From assembly GCA_964388545.1 (NCBI GenBank), contig CAYMAV010000001.1, forward strand, positions 6,272-70,271: a DNA stretch of 64,000 bases, in the 5' to 3' direction. This document shows positions 18,687 to 27,707 of the stretch, piece after piece. Numbering within the stretch: position 1 is the stretch's first letter; every line of letters starts with the position of its first letter. The stretch is from an uncultured Clostridium sp. Lineage in GTDB: Bacteria > Bacillota_I > Bacilli_A > RF39 > UBA660. The translations under genes and the position numbers were made by a program. The notes beneath the pieces are model-generated. The model had not been told where the DNA came from, made no database searches, and saw only the letters and a list, made by a program, of their open reading frames with translations.

Positions 18687-19682
18687 TCACTTATATTTTG
18701 CTTTAGGTATAAACCAAAACAACATTAATCCCAAAGTATAATTAAATCTTTTTAAATATTTTCCTTTTAAACCAAATTTTAAATATTTATTTTTTTTATA
18801 ATCTGGAAATTTTTCTTTAACATTCTTTATTGCCAACTTTAACAGTTTTTTATATTTACCAAAATCTTTTCTTTTATTTGCTAGTTTTGCTGCACTACCA
18901 AGCATTGTTGCGTATATATATCTTACATATGAATATTCTAATTCTTCCTTATATTTATTATATATCTTTTTTTCTTTATAAAAATCTATTATTCCATTCA
19001 TATTTTCAATATAATTTGCTATTCTATCATCAAAACTTTTGGATATTCCACCTTTTCTTTGATAATAATTGTAAAAAGGCTTTTTTACAACACCTATTGA
19101 TTTTATATATGGTAACAGTCTATAAAGCATTTCAACATCCTCAAACCAAACACCTTTTTTATACCACAAATCATTATCTATGAATAAAGATTTTTTATAT
19201 ATTTTATTCGTGGCAGTTGGATAAAAGTTTATAAAAATATTTTTATATTCATCAACGTTTAATATATCACTATCTAAACTGCATGAAATTGTTCTATTTC
19301 TACTTACATCATCATAATATTCTAAGGTGTCGCAACAAACTAAATCAAACCCTTTTTCTATTTTTTCATACATATCACCAACCATATTTTCATCAATCCA
19401 ATCATCACTATCTAAAAACATGATATAATCTGCATTCGATTTTTTTATTCCGTAGTTTCTAGTATCACTAAGACCGCCATTCTTCTTTTCATAGGCTTTG
19501 ATTATTTTAGGATACTTTTTTTCATACTTATCAATTATTTTTTGAGAACTATCCGTACTACCATCATTTACAACAATAGCTTCAGATTCTTTGAAATTTT
19601 GCTTAACTACACTATCTAAACATTTTTCTAAATATTTTTCCATATTATAAACAGGTATAATTAAACTAACTTTTGCCTTCAT
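18687..19682 (-). CDS. Glycosyltransferase family 2
   Basis: SLIIPVYNMEKYLEKCLDSVVKQ, VVNDGSTD, DSDDW motifs. Confidence 0.8.
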   Translation of the reverse strand: MKAKVSLIIPVYNMEKYLEKCLDSVVKQNFKESEAIVVNDGSTDSSQKIIDKYEKKYPKIIKAYEKKNGGLSDTRNYGIKKSNADYIMFLDSDDWIDENMVGDMYEKIEKGFDLVCCDTLEYYDDVSRNRTISCSLDSDILNVDEYKNIFINFYPTATNKIYKKSLFIDNDLWYKKGVWFEDVEMLYRLLPYIKSIGVVKKPFYNYYQRKGGISKSFDDRIANYIENMNGIIDFYKEKKIYNKYKEELEYSYVRYIYATMLGSAAKLANKRKDFGKYKKLLKLAIKNVKEKFPDYKKNKYLKFGLKGKYLKRFNYTLGLMLFWFIPKAKYK

Positions 19683-21357
19683 TTTTATCTCCTCCTATTT
19701 TTTTATTAAAAAAGAATGATATTAATAAAGAAAGAATAATAGTTGGTAACATTTCATCAAAAACATGACCACCAAAATAACTAGAAAATATTACTAGAGA
19801 AACACTTGCTACAGGAATAACTTTTTCAATTTTAAAATATTTTTCCCTGTCTTTTAAAAATAAATAGATAGCAAACATAATAAATAAAAAATAAGGAGAA
19901 ATTAATATCAACAGTCCAACTAAACCAATGGTATAATAATGAACTAAAATATCTTTTTCTAAATACAAATTATATCCACCACTATTTCTAAAATTCGAAT
20001 ACGAAAGACCAAATAGATTATAATAAATTCCTGCTTTATTTCTAGATCTTTCCATCATACGACTAAATATTTTTTGCTGAACTTTCCTTGTATTATTATA
20101 TGACTCCTCAGGTTCTTTTATTAGATTATTCCAAAATTCAGCATCATAATCTTTAGGATATATCTCGGTATAAAATTTTTCATAGATTACGCTTTCCTCA
20201 ATTTTTTGAATTTCTTTTTCTTTTTCACCATCATCAACTCTTCCCCTATATCGATTTGTAATAAAATCTTCAAACAAGAAAAACAGTGATAATATTAATA
20301 CAAAATATACCGCATAGCTACTAAATCTTTTTCTTTTATAAATAATATATCCAAAAGAAAACATAAATAAAATAAAAAGAATAATGTATAATAGCGAAAA
20401 GCTGATATTTTCATATATTAATTCAACCCAATTATATCTTAAAAAAATTGGCGAAAATAAAGATAAAATTAAATGAAAATATAAAATATATAATAGTTTA
20501 ATAATCCTTTTATAATTAAATTTCTTTTTATTCTTAATCTTTTTAACTATTATATAAACAAATAAAATGAAAAAAGATAAATATGTTCCTAAAAAGGCGG
20601 TTCTTGTACCAATCATGAGCATTGAAAGCAATATTAATAATAGTCCTACTAAATATTTAATATCATCATATTTATAATAAAAATATAAGTTAAATGGTAA
20701 TAACATTAATAAAACATTACCTATTTCATTAGCATATAAAAAGAACCCTTTTGATGTCATCTCAATAAAATTATAAATTGAATTTGAATATGAAAACCAT
20801 TCAAAAATACTCATTTTAATAAATTCTACTTCTTCTGAATAAGATACCAAAGAAATTTTAAGAAAATTAGTTAATACAATTGTTAAAGATATAATTAATG
20901 AAAGATAGTATATTAATTTATAAACTTCTTTTTTCTCAAACTTTAAATTATAAATAATTATAAATAGGAATATTGGAATATTCATTCTAAATATATAAAA
21001 TAATTCATCAATTATTGAAAAGACATAGTTATTAGGCAAAAAGTTTATATTTAGTGCTCCAACTATATGAAATATAGAATATATTAGAATAATTAGTGCA
21101 TATATTGAAACAAATTTTATAAACTTCATCTTGTCTTTGCAACCCAAAAAAAAGTTAATAAAAATATATATAAACCCAAAAATCCTAAATATTGTAGCAG
21201 GCGCCACAGTAAGTTTTGGTATCAAGCTATCTGTAAAGAAAAAACCATACGACAAAAAAGGTTGTATCAAGATATAAAGAAAAACAACCTTCTTTAAACT
21301 ATCTTTATTTTTTATATCAAACTTTATGTAATTCATTTTATAGCTCCTATTTTTCAA
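19666..21357 (-). CDS. Wzy-like polysaccharide polymerase / O-antigen-ligase-like multi-pass membrane protein
   Basis: 563 aa with more than 10 TM helices and a large cytoplasmic or extracytoplasmic loop. Position in the cps locus. Confidence 0.5.
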   Translation of the reverse strand: MKNRSYKMNYIKFDIKNKDSLKKVVFLYILIQPFLSYGFFFTDSLIPKLTVAPATIFRIFGFIYIFINFFLGCKDKMKFIKFVSIYALIILIYSIFHIVGALNINFLPNNYVFSIIDELFYIFRMNIPIFLFIIIYNLKFEKKEVYKLIYYLSLIISLTIVLTNFLKISLVSYSEEVEFIKMSIFEWFSYSNSIYNFIEMTSKGFFLYANEIGNVLLMLLPFNLYFYYKYDDIKYLVGLLLILLSMLMIGTRTAFLGTYLSFFILFVYIIVKKIKNKKKFNYKRIIKLLYILYFHLILSLFSPIFLRYNWVELIYENISFSLLYIILFILFMFSFGYIIYKRKRFSSYAVYFVLILSLFFLFEDFITNRYRGRVDDGEKEKEIQKIEESVIYEKFYTEIYPKDYDAEFWNNLIKEPEESYNNTRKVQQKIFSRMMERSRNKAGIYYNLFGLSYSNFRNSGGYNLYLEKDILVHYYTIGLVGLLILISPYFLFIMFAIYLFLKDREKYFKIEKVIPVASVSLVIFSSYFGGHVFDEMLPTIILSLLISFFFNKKIGGDKNEGKS

Positions 21358-22510
21358 TAATATTATATATTTTTTCTAAGTTTTCTTCATCATTAACTTT
21401 ATATTCATTTAAATTTTTTTTAAATTCAGAAATTATTTTTGAATTATTAAGAACATTTTTTATACCTTCATACAAGGCATCTTCCGAATTCTCAACAATT
21501 ATACCATATTTTTTATTACCTAGTAAATAATCAATACCAGCAACCTTTGTTGATATAACAGGAGTCTTTAAATATAAAGATTCAAAAACAACAGTAGGCA
21601 TACCTTCAAGAATTGAACATAAAACAAATAAATTTGCTTTCTTCACATAAGGAAATGGATTTTTCTTAAATCCAAGCATTATAAAGGAATCCTCAATATT
21701 TAAATTTCTTATTTTTTCATCTATTAGTGAAAATTCACTACCATCACCAATTAAATAAAATCTTATTTTATACCCATCATCAATTAACCTCTTATGAACA
21801 TCAACATATCTTAAGTAGGCTTTAGGTTTCTCAAGTCTTCCAACAGAAATTAAATTAATATATTTGTTATCAAAACTTTCTTTTATTTCTTCATTAGATA
21901 AGGGAATTATCTTTTCTAAATTTTGAATATTTATTATTACCTTTGCATCTTTATCTAGATTATATATTTCTTTTATAGATCTAGAAGCTTCTTCGGATAC
22001 AGCAACAATTTCATCATATTTTAAAAGTGCGTCTCTAAAGATATTTTTATATCTTGCAGAATAATTAAACACCTTATAATCTGAGTGAATCCAACATACT
22101 TTTCTATGGCCATCACCAAAAGCTGTAAACAAAGTAGCAAAACCATCGCTATACGCTATTTCGCAATCGTATTCTTCACTAATTATTTTTCTTCTGTTAT
22201 TTTTAATCATTCTTTTTATTAATTTTGTTTTAATACAAAAAGAAAAAAGAACTTTTTTTATTATTTTTAAGACATTAAAGGTTTTTACTAATTCTTTTAT
22301 TCCTCTACTATTAATATTAAAATATCTATCACCAGATAATATTTTTATATTTTTAGGAATTTTTTCTTTAACATTTTCATAATTATCCATATTTAAGACA
22401 AGCAAAGTTACTTCAAATCTTTTATAGTCAAATTTACTTAAAGTATTAAGTAGTATAGTTGTAACCCCTCCAAAATTCAGATCATTAACAACATAAAGAA
22501 TTTTTTTCAT
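21347..22510 (-). CDS. Glycosyltransferase family 4 (GT1-like)
   Basis: EGMPTVVFESLYLKTPVISTKVAGI (E-x7-E motif). Confidence 0.75.
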   Translation of the reverse strand: MKKILYVVNDLNFGGVTTILLNTLSKFDYKRFEVTLLVLNMDNYENVKEKIPKNIKILSGDRYFNINSRGIKELVKTFNVLKIIKKVLFSFCIKTKLIKRMIKNNRRKIISEEYDCEIAYSDGFATLFTAFGDGHRKVCWIHSDYKVFNYSARYKNIFRDALLKYDEIVAVSEEASRSIKEIYNLDKDAKVIINIQNLEKIIPLSNEEIKESFDNKYINLISVGRLEKPKAYLRYVDVHKRLIDDGYKIRFYLIGDGSEFSLIDEKIRNLNIEDSFIMLGFKKNPFPYVKKANLFVLCSILEGMPTVVFESLYLKTPVISTKVAGIDYLLGNKKYGIIVENSEDALYEGIKNVLNNSKIISEFKKNLNEYKVNDEENLEKIYNIIEK

Positions 22511-23466
22511 TTTCGAAACCTCCTTTTTACTTTTGAGACGGCAACTACAATTCCTTCCATACCCTTTAATAACAATGAATCTCTTACTTTTTTTGAAAAC
22601 ACTTGATTTTTATAATATTTATTCTTCTTCCAATTTGGATAGTTATCTTTTAAAAATATTAGTACTTCTTTTTTAAAGGCTTCAACACTTTCACCTTTAT
22701 GGTATAAATTTCTAATATAAGCCGATGATAATTCTCTTATATATAAAAACTCTAATTCTTCAGGGTAAGTATTACCAAACTTTAACGTTAAATTTTTAAG
22801 AGCATCAAAAATATTATATTCTCTTTCGAGAAATTTTTTCGGTTGCATTGTTGAATTTTCCCTAATCATGTAATGATAATGTGCTTTATTTAAATATACA
22901 TGTTTTCTTACAAGAGAATTAATATAAGGTATAATTGCCAAATCTTCAAAAATAACTCCCTCTAAAAACAATTTCTTTTCCTTTTTTAAAAGACTTGCGC
23001 GATATAGTTTAAAACAAGGTCCACAGCTGGATAAAATTAAATTTTTGTCTTTTTCTTCTGTATAATCTTTTATTGTTTTACCATATTCTGTTTTATCAGG
23101 ACGATCTATATAATAATCCGAAAGAACAAGGTCAACATCTTCATCCATAACATCCATCATATCTTTAATAGTGTCTTCCTCAATCCAGTCATCACCATCA
23201 ACAAACATTATATATTCTCCTGTTGATTTAGCAATTCCAACATTCCTTGCTTTAGCTTGACCACCATTTTCTTGAGATATTAAAACTATACGATTATCCT
23301 TTTTCGCATATTTTTTTATAATACCTTCACTTTTATCTTTAGAACCATCATTAATAACAATAATTTCTAAATTTTCATATGTTTGACCAATAACACTATC
23401 CAAACATTTTGATAATATATCCTCAAGATTATATACGGGTATAATAATGCTCACTAGTTTCTTCAT
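22507..23466 (-). CDS. Glycosyltransferase family 2
   Basis: VSIIIPVYNLEDILSKCLDSVIGQ, VINDGSKD, DGDDW motifs. Confidence 0.8.
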   Translation of the reverse strand: MKKLVSIIIPVYNLEDILSKCLDSVIGQTYENLEIIVINDGSKDKSEGIIKKYAKKDNRIVLISQENGGQAKARNVGIAKSTGEYIMFVDGDDWIEEDTIKDMMDVMDEDVDLVLSDYYIDRPDKTEYGKTIKDYTEEKDKNLILSSCGPCFKLYRASLLKKEKKLFLEGVIFEDLAIIPYINSLVRKHVYLNKAHYHYMIRENSTMQPKKFLEREYNIFDALKNLTLKFGNTYPEELEFLYIRELSSAYIRNLYHKGESVEAFKKEVLIFLKDNYPNWKKNKYYKNQVFSKKVRDSLLLKGMEGIVVAVSKVKRRFRK

Positions 23467-23476
23467 ATAAACCTCT

Positions 23477-24037
23477 CTATTTAAATATCAATATAATTAA
23501 TCCTATTAAAATCGTAAATAAAAATATTATTCTAGCAGTTATATCTATCTGCCTTGAACCAAATTTCTTAATATCTTTTTCTAAGTTCTTTATCAATTTA
23601 TATGTAGAAGATTCAAATTTTTTAGGATTAAACTTTTGAATCATCTTAATAGCAGTTTCTAAATCATCTAAATTAGTAACTCCAATTATATATCCATCAT
23701 CTGAAAATTTCTCAATTAATTCTACCTGATGATCATTAACATGCTCTTTATATTTCTTTAGTCTTGGAACTCCAATAACTTTTTTATTATTATTTATCGC
23801 CGTTAATATAGTACCAACTCCACCATGAGTAATTATATATCTACTTTCTTTAATTAAATTATCAAATTCATCTCTAGGTATTAAATTGAATACTTCCATA
23901 TTTTTAGATTTATATTCAGTAAATCCTGCTTGAACAACAACTCTTTCATTTATAACTTTTTTATCGATTAATTCATCAACTTTTTCTAATAACCTAACAA
24001 AGGACTTGTCCTGTGTTCCTAACGTAATTAATATCAT
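23477..24037 (-). CDS. Alg13-like glycosyltransferase C-terminal-domain subunit (Cps14G/EpsF-like)
   Basis: Glyco_tran_28_C-like sequence ITHGGVGTILTAI. Paired with the Alg14-like gene (1-bp overlap). Confidence 0.7.
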   Translation of the reverse strand: MILITLGTQDKSFVRLLEKVDELIDKKVINERVVVQAGFTEYKSKNMEVFNLIPRDEFDNLIKESRYIITHGGVGTILTAINNNKKVIGVPRLKKYKEHVNDHQVELIEKFSDDGYIIGVTNLDDLETAIKMIQKFNPKKFESSTYKLIKNLEKDIKKFGSRQIDITARIIFLFTILIGLIILIFK

Positions 24038-24510
24038 TAATAAACTCTACCTCCAAACTCTGATTTAGGGTATAAATTTAACATTGTTTCCCATTGAACA
24101 TAAAATTTACTTGCCATCGGATAAACTAATCTTCCAGTTACTGTTCTGGTATGAAAATTTGCAAAAGTTTCAATATAAATAACTTTACTGCCAAAAATCC
24201 TACCGATATAACACATTGGAACGCAAGTGTGTGCTCCTGTTGTTACAATAACATCTGGTCTAATAATCAAAAACAATATAAAACTATAAATAGAATTAAA
24301 TAAAAACTTAAAAATATAAGTAAATAGATGACTTTTAGTACCATATATTAAATAATTAACGTTCTTATATTTTTCTTTAAGCTTCATATTTGATTTTGTT
24401 CTTTCTGTTACTATATAAGAATCATAATTTTTAAACATAGGATCCAATTGTAAAAGTTCTGTTAAATGACCCCCTGTTGATGATATAAACAAAGCCTTCT
24501 TCTTTTTCAT
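24037..24510 (-). CDS. Alg14-like membrane subunit (Cps14F-like)
   Basis: ISSTGGHLTELLQL (GGHxxE motif). Probable start at MKKKKALF (ATG 24510) with RBS AAGGATGGTG. The ORF track begins 21 codons earlier. Confidence 0.7.
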   Translation of the reverse strand: MKKKKALFISSTGGHLTELLQLDPMFKNYDSYIVTERTKSNMKLKEKYKNVNYLIYGTKSHLFTYIFKFLFNSIYSFILFLIIRPDVIVTTGAHTCVPMCYIGRIFGSKVIYIETFANFHTRTVTGRLVYPMASKFYVQWETMLNLYPKSEFGGRVY

Positions 24511-24560
24511 AAACACCATCCTTGTATTTTTATTATAACATGTTTTATATTTATATAAAA

Positions 24561-24585
24561 TAAAAAAGCACATTTCTGTGCTTAT
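24561..24585 (-). terminator. Hairpin terminator downstream of tRNA-Glu (minus strand)
   Basis: Stem AAGCACA / TGTGCTT with loop TTTC. A-run 24562-24567 on + corresponds to a T-run on minus. Confidence 0.45.
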
Positions 24586-24592
24586 ATCATAA

Positions 24593-24668
24593 TGGTGATC
24601 TGTATGGGATTTGAACCCATGAATGTAACCTTGAGAGGGTTATGTGTTAACCACTTCACCAACAGACC
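24593..24668 (-). tRNA. tRNA-Glu (anticodon CUC)
   Basis: Revcomp GGTCTGTTGGTGAAGTGGTTAACACATAACCCTCTCAAGGTTACATTCATGGGTTCAAATCCCATACAGATCACCA. Anticodon loop CTCTCAA. Glu-type D-loop TGGTGAAGTGGTTAA. Confidence 0.75.
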
Positions 24669-24708
24669 GATTTAAAAACTTATACCGATAGTATAAGTTT
24701 ATCTTCAT

Positions 24709-24785
24709 TGGTAGCGAGAGGGGGATTCGAACCCTCGACCCTTCGGGTATGAACCGAATGCTCTAGCCAACTGAGCTATCTCGCC
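24709..24785 (-). tRNA. tRNA-Met elongator (anticodon CAU)
   Basis: Revcomp GGCGAGATAGCTCAGTTGGCTAGAGCATTCGGTTCATACCCGAAGGGTCGAGGGTTCGAATCCCCCTCTCGCTACCA. Anticodon loop TTCATAC as in Bacillus elongator tRNA-Met. Confidence 0.8.
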
Positions 24786-24827
24786 ATAAACGACAAAATT
24801 AATATATCATAAAAATTATATTTACTC

Positions 24828-24858
24828 AACAAAAAAAGAGATTTTTATATCTCTTTTA
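24828..24858 (-). terminator. Hairpin terminator after the GGDEF-domain gene
   Basis: Stem AAAGAGAT / ATCTCTTT with loop TTTTAT. A-run on + 24831-24837 corresponds to a T-run on minus. Confidence 0.45.
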
Positions 24859-26910
24859 TCTATTTTCTTCCTTATTCTTTTTCATATTTAAAACCGCTTC
24901 ATTAATCGCATCATCAATCGACTTAATCTCGTCTTGAATCATACTGTAACCGATTGCTGCTCCAAATTGATATGGAAGAGCTTTAAACTCTTTAAATAAA
25001 TTCTTAGCATATTTAGATATTTGCTCTTCACTATAACCTACTAAATATATTAAGAACTCGTTACCATCTGTTCTTATTATCTCCGTATTTTCTAATTGTG
25101 CATTAATAAGCATACTAGCTGCCTCTACAATAAGTTTATCTCCCTCAGAATGGCCATAATTATCATTAACATATTTAACATTATTTAAATCAACTATTAT
25201 TATCGATTGTGGAAACTTTTTTGATTCATTCCATAATTTAATATTATAATTCAAATAATTTCTATTCTTTAAAGATGTAAGCATATCAATATACTTTCTC
25301 TTTTCATCTTTTCTTATTAACTTTATCTTCTTACGATTCTTATAAATAATATATGCTATCATGACCGTAAATAAAGGACCTAAAGTAATAACCAATAATA
25401 TTAAATATAGATTTTCAAAAGAAGAACTTTCCCAAATAGAGATATTAAGGCTATTTAAACCTCTATTTCGATAATTAAAATATGAATTAGTACTAATTAT
25501 ATAATTAAATACATCATAGAATATCTTGTTATCATCAGAATTACTAATCATAAAATTATAATCATTTGTTATCGTAGATTCAAAAAGCAAATCATAATTT
25601 TTAAGTTTACTATTTTTATAAAAACTATATACCTCTTTATCCAAAACTATTAAATTGTTATCACTTTTTTTAAGTAAATCATTTAAATTTCCTACAGGTA
25701 CTAATATTGCTTTAGAATTATCCTTAAAGAAATTATATATCGCATTATTATTTAAAATTGAGACCTTTAATCCCTTCATAGACTCAAAACTATTTATAAC
25801 ATAATTATCCTTTGTATTACCTAAAACAACATATTTTTCGATAAAAATTGAATTTGTAGGTTTATAATCTTGATGTTCAAAATTAAAATAATTAAAATAA
25901 ATATCAACTTCTTTTTTTTCTATCGCTTGTTTTAATTCATCAACATTTTTATATTCTTTATAATTAATACTTAATGAATTTGATAATCTAAGAAATCTAT
26001 TAATATATTCCCCTGCTATTCCATATAAAACATCCTTTTTTACAGTTTCATATGGTTTGTTTTCAACATAACCATAACTATAAGTCTTAGTTAAAAATTC
26101 CGTTTTAGTCTTATCATTAATATCATCATAGTTTTTAAAATAAAATTCTAAAATTGAATCATTATAAACTTTTAAATAATCATTTTTCTTCCAATTATTA
26201 TAGTATTTAGTAAATATTTCATTCATTTTAGACATATCTTTATTTTCATTTAATGAAAACACTATTTTGCTAGTAACCTCTGTAAAAACATGTTTAATGT
26301 TATATTTTTCATTATTAATTGTCTTATCTAAATACATATTATGGCAAGTAATAATAAAATCAATTTTGCTATTTTCATAATCACTTAGCATCTGGTCTAT
26401 TTTTTCATATATTTTTAATTTTATATTAGGATATGACTTTAAATAATATACCATTTCATCGGAATCTTCAGTTAAAACGCCAACAGTCTTTCCATCTAGC
26501 TGATTAAGAGAATCTAATAACTCTTTTGTTTTTCCATAAACAACATATACATCTTCTTGAAGTAGAAGATCGTTTTTACCTAATTTTTCCTTATTATCTA
26601 AAATCTTAAATTTATATTCTTTATTAGTAATCTTTTCGCCTTTATCATAAGGAACTATATTAAATTCTAATCCTGTATCTTCTGAAAAACTATTAATGAA
26701 AGCTCTAAATACACCTGACTGTCCATAAATAGGATAATCATCTGGTAAATAAAAATCGATTATTTTATTTTTTTGTTCTCCTATCCATTTTTTATCAGTT
26801 GTTGTTAAAGCATTACCATCTTCACTATAGTAATAGTAGTAAAGACCTAAAAACAACGAAATTACTATTAATAAAGGAATTGTAATTATCCACTTCTTTT
26901 TTAGTTTCAT
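24856..26910 (-). CDS. Membrane sensor protein: N-terminal TM, ~470-aa extracytoplasmic domain, TM, C-terminal degenerate GGDEF domain (DGNEF)
   Basis: C-terminus LTSLKNRNYL...VDLNNVKYVNDNYGHSEGDKLI...IRTDGNEFLIYL...GAAIGYS matches the GGDEF fold with RxGGDEF replaced by RTDGNEF. Confidence 0.75.
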   Translation of the reverse strand: MKLKKKWIITIPLLIVISLFLGLYYYYYSEDGNALTTTDKKWIGEQKNKIIDFYLPDDYPIYGQSGVFRAFINSFSEDTGLEFNIVPYDKGEKITNKEYKFKILDNKEKLGKNDLLLQEDVYVVYGKTKELLDSLNQLDGKTVGVLTEDSDEMVYYLKSYPNIKLKIYEKIDQMLSDYENSKIDFIITCHNMYLDKTINNEKYNIKHVFTEVTSKIVFSLNENKDMSKMNEIFTKYYNNWKKNDYLKVYNDSILEFYFKNYDDINDKTKTEFLTKTYSYGYVENKPYETVKKDVLYGIAGEYINRFLRLSNSLSINYKEYKNVDELKQAIEKKEVDIYFNYFNFEHQDYKPTNSIFIEKYVVLGNTKDNYVINSFESMKGLKVSILNNNAIYNFFKDNSKAILVPVGNLNDLLKKSDNNLIVLDKEVYSFYKNSKLKNYDLLFESTITNDYNFMISNSDDNKIFYDVFNYIISTNSYFNYRNRGLNSLNISIWESSSFENLYLILLVITLGPLFTVMIAYIIYKNRKKIKLIRKDEKRKYIDMLTSLKNRNYLNYNIKLWNESKKFPQSIIIVDLNNVKYVNDNYGHSEGDKLIVEAASMLINAQLENTEIIRTDGNEFLIYLVGYSEEQISKYAKNLFKEFKALPYQFGAAIGYSMIQDEIKSIDDAINEAVLNMKKNKEENR

Positions 26911-26922
26911 TTTTCCTCCTAA

Positions 26923-27672
26923 CTAACCAACCCATACAAAATCTTTAGCCTTAGCACTCCTATAACCAATTACTGGAAAACCAGTAACTGTTAAACTATT
27001 AGAATAAATTTTTCTAGTATTATCCTTATTGGATGTAGCTTTTTTTACAACCTTAATACTACAAGTTTGCTCTGCACTTTTATCTTGCGTAAATCCATAG
27101 ATAATATGCTCACCATCTTTAGTAACCTTAAATTCCTGTTTTTTATTATAATCTTTTTTATTAACATCAGTTATTCCATAATTTAATGTATAAGGATTTT
27201 TACTTAAGTCCTCAGCAAATTTAACTGTAACATCTTCTACAAAAACATCCTCATCATTTGCAAGCCCTGATACTACAAGATTACAATCATAATATTTATT
27301 GATAAAAACCTCTATATCAAAGAAGTTTTTTTGATCATCTGTTAGCTCTTTTAAAACCTTATTAACAATTGGTTTAGCTTCATTTGCACTTGTCTTATAT
27401 TGAACATCAACAACAATTTTTAAAATCTTTCCATTAAGATAAGGATCTGTTGCTCTTAAAACAAAGTCTTCTTTTTTAATCTCTTCTGAAATCTTTTTAA
27501 ACTGTTCATTTGTTATCATTACCTTTTCAATGCCATCTAATCTATTACCATAAACTGGCATCCCATTATTACCTAAAAACAAATTATATAAAAAATATGC
27601 CACTGCTATAAAAACAATATATACAAATATAATAAAAGTTGATAACTTATGTTTTTTAATATATTTAATCAT
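26923..27672 (-). CDS. Hypothetical membrane-anchored protein (co-transcribed with the GGDEF sensor)
   Basis: N-terminal TM helix FIIFVYIVFIAVAYFLYNLF. 12-bp gap to the downstream gene. Confidence 0.5.
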   Translation of the reverse strand: MIKYIKKHKLSTFIIFVYIVFIAVAYFLYNLFLGNNGMPVYGNRLDGIEKVMITNEQFKKISEEIKKEDFVLRATDPYLNGKILKIVVDVQYKTSANEAKPIVNKVLKELTDDQKNFFDIEVFINKYYDCNLVVSGLANDEDVFVEDVTVKFAEDLSKNPYTLNYGITDVNKKDYNKKQEFKVTKDGEHIIYGFTQDKSAEQTCSIKVVKKATSNKDNTRKIYSNSLTVTGFPVIGYRSAKAKDFVWVG

Positions 27673-27707
27673 TTCCTACCTCCATATTATTATTATATAA
27701 CACTTTT

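Noticed and set aside
24037-24573. N-terminal 21 codons of the Alg14-like ORF and the first 19 codons of rsmG (57304..58068) as annotated by the ORF track
   Set aside because: Hydrophobic or low-complexity leaders run into terminator or promoter DNA. Internal starts (MKKKKALF at 24510, MNKEEF at 58011) have RBSs and give canonical protein lengths.
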